A program made the translations under genes and the position numbers. From positions 1 through 57,770 of the IMG/VR virus record IMGVR_UViG_3300030090_003001: a stretch of 57,770 nucleotides of DNA; one strand, written 5' to 3'. Shown piece by piece: positions 48,101 through 54,541 of the stretch. The notes beneath the pieces are model-generated. The model saw nothing but the letters and a program-made list of their open reading frames with translations, was not told where the DNA came from and searched no databases. How positions within the stretch are numbered: position 1 is the stretch's first letter; every line of letters starts with the position of its first letter. This DNA comes from a virus. Its lineage: Duplodnaviria > Caudoviricetes.

Positions 48101-48137
48101 TGAAAAGATGCCCCCATTACAATTAAACCCTTACTAA
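39102..48137 (+). CDS. Giant (3011 aa) polyvalent ejection/internal virion protein
   Basis: Last large late gene; acidic N-terminus, Gly-rich hydrophobic segments, basic middle with enzyme-like domains, helical C-terminus. Confidence 0.8.
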   Translation: MADIWDELGQIENQDELDTRAAQIKKDQEIQQRNIRNMNAKQVIEQRENMLKAKEAQKELDGDVWEVLPEQSKIEQMRKDRAESEAQKNFMTDMAVDMAFNEPGAIDLDKVMSLTGVPITSKRMMDIGRPKSATFGIMSDTDIDEDRFNSQQRNEIYENLYYNRINQEGSQDSTIPLYTGYAADGSTIEESQARDRMKAVQEADKQEDNLFKYVDFASQTEREIPYFELFKEFPQIYNLPYIKQFETQDTNNGTISPSVAKFLDGSGMVDLSDTTLSDFMENNPYLENETIEGYRSRMKEKYNLSGNKVLKDNPYYGWKPEDVFQDFAQWLTTTSPDSKNYGDMSQDDITNDMYTRAEMPPEGQRDQFFLENYRLGGQAFRLDDKRDIIANYGKIAYEEWAAMVEDEDLAYEDFNPYRQKLSAGDNWYPYMTEDQHTLWEGVKKGFGHKYGTADDRMLNSVHRLVGLGTEKAGQLVGVMNSWSDYLEKAFEGEIRQEDFLGASAEWLQKTGFNIKTGQTMLPEGETFEGYNVLNDGQQSGFKNFVDSIPGLAIDLFLLKGMGSKVGAASLPIWVATHRGAEAIEKGRNEILDENTGEVIGQSLSTDSGDILLSTVKGGAEGYTYHLIFKGTSMIQSGAGRAMTGGTIFGGPAMYKALKDEYDNDPTTKGDFGEAYSNFLFGGVMSYFARGNKYTELAPWQAKLMRAFLKPQVGRGRFRIPLSESEKLAINAYTNGTVKEVPGYGKVKVFYDKKSGQAAFQSKDGDWFLFTKGGKPVKTSEPEFGEYFNRSILTEKGFQKWMESLSKKEVANIINGKVPGIPVTLKDKIVMKLMQRFNMPKNFEMVKWAAGKGRGGVKATSVPYKAQAPSGSNIVPTGTNQKVTSSTTTTASPAAAAASSNISTKKNTSSTQTTSSLGDTNKTPDIQRITSSVISLQKTPSQKVYDDTVTQINEVKSELDAGYIFKNGKMVPISKGDAVKVRQRLIELEAEAKKAVTAANKRKTPLKTPEQIKFDNSVVNLKAPINPKTNKPYIAYNKPIKNVDAAIKRYEAVQKDRVALQAKRDGLPKTTKTYTNLDNKITQLNKYSDGLKNVINEGNPSYFKNKAAALAPKPTTTVAPKAAQTKGTPSRVDTELPNLINKRYGKNTKALNERLERDYGVDDVKALTKEQKTDLHSNLTVEEITREMGGLEAGMMGITPQNMKLLRRGIIDAGKFTYDNLPKSMQKQADKLGVTTENFKQQFRDWTKDPNKAPQKTKAFFKKVWKQFKNWWKKGKEGLKEYLKNPKIGMSVEMVGKDGKPLSIKDQAKAMRGGDKRGVVKSKAPFVKTRTAEGMNKRIPQSKRATGITTPNKTETGESFAITKSSGRGRKQTIPQPELDKMLVESLAEANTKGIPSSIKAPTTKEVETFTAGKNEDRFWYELSTDAFNNKVRLDNKSDKSKLHGLVSATSVNEKPFPNLVKAISTLSEHMQGSPINTSLIDPKPITDVLRGESFETPKIGNFQQTFDYIAGITGQKPLTVNDRQVAARYGIKPSDLATNASLYEAISLNEIKMAERLNKDLKPGEEPWTEYQLQAASWTNTRYDKGVSQIGDNYAQGMETLFNVLESNGIKLPKDPSTGQRYLDTETLLNPNVPKILSPAGYKYKKALKGNIEFATNNTIEGKLAQDNFSEIAKALGFTIDINQAKQLTKMQEAYIATYKRALRALGQQPKYKPSVLNRMIDAIVGKRFKLSRVTYDTGGWAGVVNQNITFPLAESQSTGRASLELNDIQTEGLLSILGKFAGQDAGGASRFKRLIGPDAWNKAESFQMFTPEKGISIQKEQMLLGAIKSKTGQSLGFNKQELPNGTLFSFHPDGKLPSPDKLEAAGLQIFDEGVNLIPTTYKSVLAVDKEYNTNIRRMKNAIAEELAIGVRDKLIDGTTKPPRVGLISTAIKGKKPIENYIKDIKARPRKLIEGARSRYKSRMDILDDAIKDYKVITKQLDKELGVLNKQMEGPLSKINGRKLNKYEEILSDGFEAGFMGFTPQNMKLLKQALIDTSTFLYRDLPKHLQKLGKTLGIGAKNFKKALDKFMHYFGPVTVGKRVIPKAYNKLKNFWKQVYSSMKTWWGSNKDRVVGDIQRVKDARRKNLSQKDLAYKTQKQLARAKVIEGSLIKSGRTTAKQLAVLKKELLGVSSLGDLNKKGKPTDPEADNKIAGYIRMLRRFENRNRGVDMSKLIPAADQYPTPTTRSPKEHLQIEMGNLAVRRTVLNHRTFELTDKGLIADADQRAPLGKIRQGAYARFVRNMGNTEDFADLIQQKTGAPVYDAYEDVRIAVGNTEGYIDQHMRPLIEIIKRATGQIDLDKAMPLSSRVKIHRAGKGDPDALADLTQLEQDLLNHIQGYYNDPVTQKIFKLNRFMNWYNKSGESNKGLPGVDKKDLLNLKAIYEAQGNAALIAALDDVKGLVIEKNYMPDFSEAIDYNNSSQMYNLNIGKQTLKPKDSNADMNKDAIKAFIRKVRADAKIFYMDEPITRLANIVNTGLPAEVSNDMLLSIDSMNRPLDTSSMAEMSSKWVGHVMKAALTLPSKWGRNLFQRLTLLPYTSGVNMPKMLGSMMRNTFFPKKIGGIPMPKGGKIDIYRPGRGSLNVTKSSDYMNAPSWKTNHFNSMVSANTSLADDFLMSTHMPIIDKLPFGMNKAFRGLIDTYKWTDASNRWAIFNPMVDDILKTLETASKTGKDFNSIKNKLYWNKVGDYESLKDILRPEIQMALNGDVAAQRYVALRIAEHMSGPAVNWRYNAMDRSIHEQSGTFGRGVFRATTYPVRLIAQVAKDAWKVYRGAYRGNMSEMWGGLKGVMGRLAIMWGIEKTLNYIYGSKPSGGGWGYDFISDVLGFEVGGLAFAGADWLYGTKPAVGKLGEAWSAYIDGDEKYGDELMARAAQMLAAHTDGVSKQTVVFYRFITWQMENALGVKKVSPLRDLVDVWLNEYDPEEIDRTTTQMVQHGFTGAGYDPEIEDDGKRWIDEFEKMPPLQLNPY
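44803..45030 (+). CDS. Nested out-of-frame gene (75 aa) inside the giant protein gene
   Basis: TAAGGAGG at 44788-44795, 7 nt before the ATG; host-frame codon usage is locally distorted. Confidence 0.6.
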   Translation: MPSQKNLPSELETNSSMEQQNPQELDSSVQQSKGKNQSKTTSKTSRPDPESLLKELGLDTNPEWTFSMMQSKITK

Positions 48138-48172
48138 CCACATATATAAATATCATCATAGAGGAGAAAACA

Positions 48173-48271
48173 ATGGAATTATTTTCAAACATACCAAATT
48201 GGTTTATATACTTATCAATGTTTTTAATTGGGGCAACTATATGGTATTATATAGTTAAATGGTTGTTCTAA
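48173..48271 (+). CDS. 32-aa single-pass membrane peptide (not in ORF track)
   Basis: GAGGAG RBS; MELFSNIPNWFIYLSMFLIGATIWYYIVKWLF. Confidence 0.65.
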   Translation: MELFSNIPNWFIYLSMFLIGATIWYYIVKWLF

Positions 48272-48276
48272 ATTGT

Positions 48277-48322
48277 GCCTTGAGGGGGGAGGGTGACCAA
48301 CCGCTCCACCATCCCCAAGGGC
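48277..48322 (-). terminator. GC-rich hairpin where late and early blocks converge
   Basis: CCTTGGGG...CCTCAAGG outer stem and GGAG/CTCC inner stem on the minus strand. Confidence 0.5.
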
Positions 48323-48367
48323 TTCGCTCTACTGATATTCGGAGCTAAAAGAATATCGATGTAGAGT

Positions 48368-48760
48368 TTAATCTTCTTCGTCTGGTTCTGGTATCCGTAT
48401 TTCCCAAGTTACTGCAGCCCAGCGAATAATTCTATCTATATAGTCTCTAAACTCGTAAACATTTAGCTTACTTGTAGATTCTACTTTAAATTCATTTTTT
48501 AAAATTTCGTGCATCTCATCTTTAGTGTGACCAATTAAAGGGTCTGTGCTTATTAAAACGCCTATAACAACTTTCCAATAATAATTATTTTGAAAGTGTG
48601 TTCTAGAACATACCTCTGAAACAGTAAGCTCAACTTCTCCGCTTAGTGTGCTTAAAAACTCATTAAACGAGTCTCTATTAGATAACCTAAGGACATTAGT
48701 CTTTTTATTAATAAAGCCCCTAAAAGACTTGGTTTTGACTTTCATATCATCATTTAGCAT
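48368..48760 (-). CDS. NinB/Orf-like recombination accessory protein
   Basis: RTHFQNNYYW, HEILK, STSKLN..EFRDYIDRI, IPEP. Confidence 0.75.
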   Translation of the reverse strand: MLNDDMKVKTKSFRGFINKKTNVLRLSNRDSFNEFLSTLSGEVELTVSEVCSRTHFQNNYYWKVVIGVLISTDPLIGHTKDEMHEILKNEFKVESTSKLNVYEFRDYIDRIIRWAAVTWEIRIPEPDEED

Positions 48761-49151
48761 TTATTTTGTCCCCCAACTTTAAATCAATATAGCCTACAAA
48801 CTTTTTAACTAAATCTCTTCTTTCAAAGTGTGTGGTTGCTTCTATTAATTTCCATTCCCATTTAAAATCATAACCAACATTATAAAGTCTGTTGATATTA
48901 AAAAGATATATGTACCCATCCATCCTAACTGCATATATAAACATCTTATTTACGAGCTGTGAATATAATAAGTTATAGCTAAACTTTTCAAATTCTATCA
49001 TAGTGTCATTGTAAAAGCTATTTCTATCTTTAATTTCAACAATCATATTGCTGTTTTCTGCATCAAATCTATTATACTGGTAATCATCCCATACCAGACC
49101 AATACCATACTGGTTTAGTCTGTTTAAAATCTCTTCTTCATTTGGTTTCAT
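48750..49151 (-). CDS. PD-(D/E)XK nuclease-like protein
   Basis: RFDAE..IVEIKDR. Confidence 0.6.
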   Translation of the reverse strand: MKPNEEEILNRLNQYGIGLVWDDYQYNRFDAENSNMIVEIKDRNSFYNDTMIEFEKFSYNLLYSQLVNKMFIYAVRMDGYIYLFNINRLYNVGYDFKWEWKLIEATTHFERRDLVKKFVGYIDLKLGDKINAK

Positions 49152-49246
49152 TTAGCTCCTTAGGTTTTTTAGGCAATAGTGTGGTTTGATTTTATGTCCG
49201 CTGCACCATCCACTGAGCAAGGACTGCTCCTATTGCCTAAAGTAGT

Positions 49247-49537
49247 TTATAGAACATACCAGTCACGAATAAGCATAAAGGCTTCTCTCCAAAGGTTTAT
49301 ATTATACTTTTCTTGAAATTTGGTTGTTCCGATTGAATGTCTTTCTGTGTGATGAATGCGACATAAGGGAACTGTGCTGAAGTCAATTAAACTACCAGTA
49401 TGAGTTCCCTTATTTTTTCGCCCACCCATACCTCGTGCTTGTAGGTGGTCAGCGTCAACTGAACTTTCATTACAAACTAAGCAAGGATGTGACCTTACAA
49501 AAGACAAATATTCTTTGGTCTCTTTTTTTAAATCCAC
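49247..49537 (-). CDS. DUF968-like / HNH-type Zn-finger nuclease
   Basis: YLSFVRSHPCLVC, DADHL, GMGG, VPLCRIHHTERH. Confidence 0.8.
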   Translation of the reverse strand: MDLKKETKEYLSFVRSHPCLVCNESSVDADHLQARGMGGRKNKGTHTGSLIDFSTVPLCRIHHTERHSIGTTKFQEKYNINLWREAFMLIRDWYVL

Positions 49538-49734
49538 TAATTCTCGCCTTCAGTTATTATAAAGTCTTTTATAACATCAGAAAGCTCTAATTGGTTTTGC
49601 TGCAAGATGCACACAACATCGGCGCAGCCAAGTCTATAAGCTTCTGCTTCAAGCCTTGTATCGAATGGTCGTAGTGGTAAAGGCTCTTTAGAACCTTTTA
49701 ACATACCAGACCAGCTAACTAAGAATTTGCTCAT
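49537..49734 (-). CDS. Hypothetical protein
   Basis: Coupled ORF. Confidence 0.65.
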   Translation of the reverse strand: MSKFLVSWSGMLKGSKEPLPLRPFDTRLEAEAYRLGCADVVCILQQNQLELSDVIKDFIITEGEN

Positions 49735-49932
49735 CTAGCCTCCTTTTTCACACTGTCTACATTTATTAATAACACTGTAGGTGGTCATTAAGTGCTTTGC
49801 CCTATCAGCGTTGGGTGTAAAATATACACCACATTTTTTACATTCAAAAGCCATATCTTTTAAACGCATAGGTTCTCCTTTTTTGATTCTCTGTTCTCTA
49901 AAGTATTTTCTTATTTTTTCTTCTGGATTCAT
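49735..49932 (-). CDS. Small Zn-ribbon protein
   Basis: CKKC...CRQC. Confidence 0.65.
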   Translation of the reverse strand: MNPEEKIRKYFREQRIKKGEPMRLKDMAFECKKCGVYFTPNADRAKHLMTTYSVINKCRQCEKGG

Positions 49933-49990
49933 TTAATCCTTTAGGGCGACTTTTCCGACTGAGGGAAATCACTAAGCTTCAAATAAAACC

Positions 49991-50131
49991 TCAAAGCCGC
50001 CCATTAGGTCTTTCTTGTAAATATGCCATTAACATTTGGTGCAGCCACCAACACTTACCATCTGCAGTGGCTTTATTAATCCTTTCAACTTTTTTATTCC
50101 ACTGCTTTTTGTTATAATCTTTACTTGGCAT
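49991..50131 (-). CDS. Small hypothetical protein
   Basis: Likely start MPSKDYN after the AGGAGGAGCTA RBS. Confidence 0.5.
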   Translation of the reverse strand: MPSKDYNKKQWNKKVERINKATADGKCWWLHQMLMAYLQERPNGRL

Positions 50132-50300
50132 TATAGCTCCTCCTATAAGTCTCATAAATAGTGCGGCAAGATGCACAAGTATCTTGATAGTTGATATGAC
50201 CAATTGGACATTTAAATGGAAGAACTTTATCTAAAGGCGTTTCTATCTTTCTATTTATATCAGAGACTTTTAAAGCTCCTCCGTAATTTTTTACACCCAT
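50121..50300 (-). CDS. Small Cys/His protein
   Basis: CPIGH...CASC; start MGVKNY coupled to the rusA stop. Confidence 0.55.
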   Translation of the reverse strand: MGVKNYGGALKVSDINRKIETPLDKVLPFKCPIGHINYQDTCASCRTIYETYRRSYNAK

Positions 50301-50716
50301 TATAATTCCTCCTCTAAACAAAAACTTATTTCAGTCCTTGGTTTTTTACTATACAGTTTTCTTGCTACAATTCCAACTATAACACAATCGTCTTCCCATA
50401 AAACATTAGTACAAGCATCCATTGTAAGCTTTATTAAGTTATCTATATCCGGCTTGACATTGTGATACTCTGGTGCATCTTTTTTTAATAAATGAGAAAA
50501 TTTACCAGTTCTAAAGTGTTTTTTGGGTCTGGGCATATGATATGTCAAAAAAAGAACAATGTTGCCTTTTAAGGGCTTTTTCTTCCATTTTACACCTACT
50601 TCTTTTGCAAACGCTTTCTTATCTTTTGAACTTGGGTCATACACCCTAACAAACTTCCCAATATGCCTATGACGCTTTTGAGCTTCTGGGTTACCATTAA
50701 TAATAATGTCCTTCAT
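50300..50716 (-). CDS. rusA: RusA Holliday junction resolvase
   Basis: KPDIDNLIKLTMDAC..WEDD..IV...RKLYS..PRT. Confidence 0.92.
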   Translation of the reverse strand: MKDIIINGNPEAQKRHRHIGKFVRVYDPSSKDKKAFAKEVGVKWKKKPLKGNIVLFLTYHMPRPKKHFRTGKFSHLLKKDAPEYHNVKPDIDNLIKLTMDACTNVLWEDDCVIVGIVARKLYSKKPRTEISFCLEEEL

Positions 50717-50718
50717 AT

Positions 50719-50880
50719 CTATATCGATGGTAAGTCCTCCAGCCCATCTAGCATAGCCGCTTCTTCTTCTAACTTTTTTTGATGGGCTTTAGCTTCTTTT
50801 CTATCTAAAAACACTTTTTTGTCTCCAGTGATAAATATATGTCTTAACTCGTGAGTCATTGGAAATACGTCTTTTCTCAT
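50719..50880 (-). CDS. Small hypothetical protein (not in ORF track)
   Basis: GGAGGT RBS; MRKDVFPM...FITGDKKVFLDRKEA. Confidence 0.6.
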   Translation of the reverse strand: MRKDVFPMTHELRHIFITGDKKVFLDRKEAKAHQKKLEEEAAMLDGLEDLPSI

Positions 50881-50903
50881 TACTTAATTTACCTCCATTT
50901 TAA

Positions 50904-51626
50904 TTATTTTGCAAGATTGGCAGCAGCAGTACATATCTCAGAATAGTTGCAATATTTGCCACATTCCCATTTATATACTGGAACTTTACCAACCATTTCT
51001 GGTGGTTCTTCTGTTAAGTCCTTACTATGAACCATAACCTCAGCCCAATAAGCTTCAGCTTGTTTCATTGCTGAAAGAGGAACTTTTTGCTCATACATTT
51101 CTGATGTATCTTTATTGTAATACACAAGAGCTAAATATTCCACACTGTCACACAAACCATTTTCTATAGCCATTAAGCCATAGGTGGCAACTTGCATTTC
51201 ATAATTTGGTGCTGTTGAAGTACCTTTTTTAATACCTCTATATTTAAAAGCCTTAGATGTCTTCCAGTCATACACAGCAGCCTTACCATCTTCAACTATC
51301 ATAAAGTCTAGATGGCCGCCAACATTCATCTTTTTAGATTTTAGTAAAAGCTCTTGATAGTAATTGATTGACATATCACCAGCTAAAGCATCGTTCATTA
51401 CTTTCTCTAATTCATTACCCACAATTGTGCCTAATCTCATAAGTCTTAATGAATCTACATCTGTAGGTTTTTTGTCAGCACCATTTACCTTAAAATAATG
51501 TTTTCTCATACACAGACCAGCTGAACTTGCGTCCATTTTGTCTGAGTTATCTTTAGCTCTCTCTATCTGATTTTCAGCATCTTTTTTAATCAAATAGTTA
51601 TTGTAAATCTCTATTGGATTTATCAT
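50904..51626 (-). CDS. Cas4/RecB-like PD-(D/E)XK exonuclease
   Basis: ASSAGLCMR, GHLD, YDWKT, QVATY, C-terminal C..YC.Y..IC; start moved to MINPIE after AAGGAG. Confidence 0.85.
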   Translation of the reverse strand: MINPIEIYNNYLIKKDAENQIERAKDNSDKMDASSAGLCMRKHYFKVNGADKKPTDVDSLRLMRLGTIVGNELEKVMNDALAGDMSINYYQELLLKSKKMNVGGHLDFMIVEDGKAAVYDWKTSKAFKYRGIKKGTSTAPNYEMQVATYGLMAIENGLCDSVEYLALVYYNKDTSEMYEQKVPLSAMKQAEAYWAEVMVHSKDLTEEPPEMVGKVPVYKWECGKYCNYSEICTAAANLAK

Positions 51627-51792
51627 TATGGTCTCCTTATTTAGGTTAATTTTTAGAGCGAGGTATCCTCTGCGCAGAAGATACCCCACTCAAAGCAAGG
51701 TGGCAATTTGCGCTCTGGTTCTGCAGATAAGATTAATGAAAGCTTTGAAGGTTACCCTAAAAGGGGCTTCATTACAATCATTATTCTACCAT

Positions 51793-51999
51793 CTAACCTT
51801 GCTCGTTAAATTCAGTCAGAGGGTCTCTGCCTACGAACTCATTATAGTCTTTAACCTTTTCAGCTACAAGGCTATCGCTGCAATCATTGATTGTTGCGGT
51901 TCTGCTTTGTACTATAAAAGGTGCTGGTGCAAAATACAATCTACACCCACTATGTTCTAAGAATCGTAGTAACGTATCTATTTCAAGACGCTTTTCCAT
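51793..51999 (-). CDS. Hypothetical protein
   Basis: GAGGA RBS; overlaps the end of the initiator gene. Confidence 0.55.
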   Translation of the reverse strand: MEKRLEIDTLLRFLEHSGCRLYFAPAPFIVQSRTATINDCSDSLVAEKVKDYNEFVGRDPLTEFNEQG

Positions 52000-52813
52000 C
52001 CGATGTTTCCTCGTTAGTTATTTTTCTGCGATTACCAAAGTTCTTAACAAAGTTTGTAAACTCCGCTGGAACCTCATATTCGCCACGTTTTCTAGCTTCT
52101 TCAACTTCTCTATCTCGCTGTTTAGCTTCTTTTTCTTCTCTCTCCCTATTCATCCTTTTTCTAACCTCATCAGTCTTAGGGGTAAACTCGCTTTTTAGCC
52201 AGTTTCTAAAAGCTGCTCGATAGTCTTTATACCTCTTCCCATTAGCTTGTAAATAATCAGTAAATTTCTGAAACTCTACTTTAACATCTACACTCATATT
52301 AAGAAGCTGTAATTCATCTAGATACTTATCATCTATACTCTTAAGAGATTTAGTATCTTCTTTAACTACTTTTACTTTATCTTTAACTTTATCTTTATCT
52401 TTTACTTGCACAGTGGTTGCCACAGTGGCATCACCCTCATCTAATGATTGTGCAGTATCAAAATCAGACTGTTCAATTACGCCATAACTAATTAGTTTCT
52501 TAACACACTTAGTTATCATAGGACTCTTTTTTTCCATATATTGTAATCCATATTGGAAATCCATAAAGTCCTTTATATACATTACTTTTTCGTGATTAGT
52601 TTCTATTAGTTGACGCTTTATTGAATCTGGTGCAGAGGTTAACTCTACACCAGTCAATATTGAACATAGTCTCCAGTTGACATTCCATAGACCACACTCA
52701 TCACAAGAATCGAGTAAATAAAGCCACACTATTTTATCTTGAAGAGGTAAGGAAAGAAACCATTCTTTCTCCCACTTTTTAGTATCAGTAAATCTCTTCT
52801 TACAGTGTTGCAT
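51983..52813 (-). CDS. Phage replication initiator (replisome-organiser type)
   Basis: KRFTDT.KW...WF..L...K..WLYLLD.CD..G.W winged-helix-type N-terminus; KDKDK linker; YKDYRAAFRNWL C-terminus; start at MQHC after AGGAGG. Confidence 0.8.
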   Translation of the reverse strand: MQHCKKRFTDTKKWEKEWFLSLPLQDKIVWLYLLDSCDECGLWNVNWRLCSILTGVELTSAPDSIKRQLIETNHEKVMYIKDFMDFQYGLQYMEKKSPMITKCVKKLISYGVIEQSDFDTAQSLDEGDATVATTVQVKDKDKVKDKVKVVKEDTKSLKSIDDKYLDELQLLNMSVDVKVEFQKFTDYLQANGKRYKDYRAAFRNWLKSEFTPKTDEVRKRMNREREEKEAKQRDREVEEARKRGEYEVPAEFTNFVKNFGNRRKITNEETSDGKAS

Positions 52814-52823
52814 ATTTATCCTC

Positions 52824-53264
52824 CTATTCTGGTATTGGGTTATAGTTATCTTCAAGTTTCTTAATCCTAGCTTCTAAATCATCAAGTCTGCTGCTAGAAT
52901 TATCTTGAGCTGTATCATTTAAAAAGTCTGGTACAGCCGGTGGTTGCTCTTGAAGTGCTTCTGGTAACTCCATAGATTCTACACTTTTACCACTTTGTAT
53001 ATCATCCATAGATTTTCCATTCACAGTAAAGAATATAATGTTATTGCCATTTATATCCTCTTTAGATTGTTTAGCGATAGTAACTCTGTCTCCAGCTTTG
53101 ACATTACTTGCCATTATTAGAGCATTTAGAGCTGGTGTTGCATAAAACACATCATCCGGCTCCACACCCCACATATACTGGGTACCATATTTACCATCAA
53201 CGGACTTACCGTCATCATACTTAAGAACAACTGTTCTTGGGTCATCGAAACGCAATATTGCCAT
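52824..53264 (-). CDS. Single-stranded DNA-binding protein-like
   Basis: GKYGTQY beta-rich OB-like core with acidic tail; follows the recombinase. Confidence 0.55.
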   Translation of the reverse strand: MAILRFDDPRTVVLKYDDGKSVDGKYGTQYMWGVEPDDVFYATPALNALIMASNVKAGDRVTIAKQSKEDINGNNIIFFTVNGKSMDDIQSGKSVESMELPEALQEQPPAVPDFLNDTAQDNSSSRLDDLEARIKKLEDNYNPIPE

Positions 53265-54055
53265 TATTTATCTCCTTTATCTGTTAGGCCTTTAACTCTC
53301 TCATACCACTGCTCAACTACAGCAATTGGCGTACTATCATTCACAGCTTCAGTAAACTTAGCTATAGCTGCTTGATTTTCTTTATTAAAGACTGGGTTGC
53401 TTTTTTGTTCATTTAAGAACCTAAGCATCATATCTTTATCGTCTCTGGCAGCAACATCATCAAGAACCTCAGTCATTATATTACCTAACTGGGTATTACT
53501 AATACCATCCTTAGGTTTTATTTCGTGATGTGGTGTTGTTTCATTAATCATAGCCTTAGGTTTAGCTTTAGGCTTAGGTTTGGCTGCCGCCTTTTTAGTT
53601 TCTTTTGGCTTATCCTCCTCTAAAGGTGGAATATCCTCACCAGCAAATATGTAATGACCTAATCCTAGAAGTGCAAAACATTTAGTCATACATCTCATTT
53701 TTGCTGTATTTATTTGAGTAGATGATGGGCTAACAACAGCCTTATGGGTGTTATCCATAACTGGCAGCCACATAGTCCTATGTACATCATCTATTTTAAC
53801 TGTACACTCAACTTGACAAGTTCTATTCTCATACATAAGAATATCTGTCATCTCTTCGGTATTTTCGCTAACTGCATACTGAGTGAAATTCACTTGCATT
53901 TGAGGGTAATGTTTCATCATAATTCCCCAAGCCCAAGCCCAAGATAAGTATGTAGCTTGAAAACCACCTTTACTACCTCTTTTTTCTGTATGCTCGTTAA
54001 CATCATATTGGGATAGCGTTTCCCACACTGATTTATAAGTAATAGATTTACTCAT
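53264..54055 (-). CDS. Sak3/DUF1071 single-strand annealing recombinase
   Basis: YLSWAWAW, MWLPVMD, INTAKMRCMTKCFALLGLGHYIFAGEDIP. Confidence 0.9.
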   Translation of the reverse strand: MSKSITYKSVWETLSQYDVNEHTEKRGSKGGFQATYLSWAWAWGIMMKHYPQMQVNFTQYAVSENTEEMTDILMYENRTCQVECTVKIDDVHRTMWLPVMDNTHKAVVSPSSTQINTAKMRCMTKCFALLGLGHYIFAGEDIPPLEEDKPKETKKAAAKPKPKAKPKAMINETTPHHEIKPKDGISNTQLGNIMTEVLDDVAARDDKDMMLRFLNEQKSNPVFNKENQAAIAKFTEAVNDSTPIAVVEQWYERVKGLTDKGDK

Positions 54056-54233
54056 ACTGGTCTCCTTGTTTATTTAGTATATTAGTTATATCACTCTCAA
54101 ACCACTCTGGCGGTACTCTGTCTCCAGAGAGTATAAGAGAGAGATAGGTGTCTGAGATGCTTAGTCTTTTAGCTAACCAACTCTGTTTTATACCATTCTT
54201 GACGAGATACTGTTTTATTTTATCTGTGTCCAT
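54048..54233 (-). CDS. Cro/XRE-type HTH regulator
   Basis: IKQYL..NGIKQSWLAKRLSISDTYLSLILSGDR. Confidence 0.88.
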   Translation of the reverse strand: MDTDKIKQYLVKNGIKQSWLAKRLSISDTYLSLILSGDRVPPEWFESDITNILNKQGDQYE

Positions 54234-54239
54234 ACCCTT

Positions 54240-54268
54240 AAATTACTAATGTAAAATATATTTTACAA
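54240..54268 (-). promoter_or_regulatory. Promoter of the cro-like gene with palindromic operator
   Basis: TTGTAA-N17-TAATTT; perfect palindrome TGTAAAATATATTTTACA at 54250-54267; ATG 6 nt after the -10. Confidence 0.7.
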
Positions 54269-54310
54269 GTTAAGAGTTCTAAAGAATGATATTGTTTCTT
54301 ATATTTATCT

Positions 54311-54541
54311 ATGACAAAAGGCAAGAAAATATACACTCTTGAAATAGTTTATAACGATAAGACTAATGAAATTGTGTCCATATATGAAAACATAGAAAAA
54401 GTAGATAATTCAAATGTTATATATGATAACTTGGGCGAGATTGAAGAATCTACAAACCTACCTCTTGTTATATTATCTGACTTCATCGATGATGAATATA
54501 TGGAATTAATCTCAGACTGTACTGTTATTGGCTTTTCTTAG
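54311..54541 (+). CDS. Small acidic protein divergent from the cro-like gene
   Basis: Only + strand ORF filling a gap in the early block; TTCTAA-N17-TATATT immediately upstream. Confidence 0.65.
   Translation: MTKGKKIYTLEIVYNDKTNEIVSIYENIEKVDNSNVIYDNLGEIEESTNLPLVILSDFIDDEYMELISDCTVIGFS

Noticed and set aside
4246-48137. Stop-codon reassignment
   Set aside because: Genes are intact and tightly coupled under the standard code; TAA, TAG and TGA all end real genes.
39102-48137. Virion RNA polymerase (N4 or crAss type) in the giant protein
   Set aside because: I could not find a DxDGD/DFDID catalytic motif or T7-type motifs; a structure search would be needed to exclude it fully.
51628-52223. 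+ strand ORFs 51628-51960, 51887-52198 and 51921-52223
   Set aside because: Antisense to the initiator operon, with no RBS or recognisable motifs.
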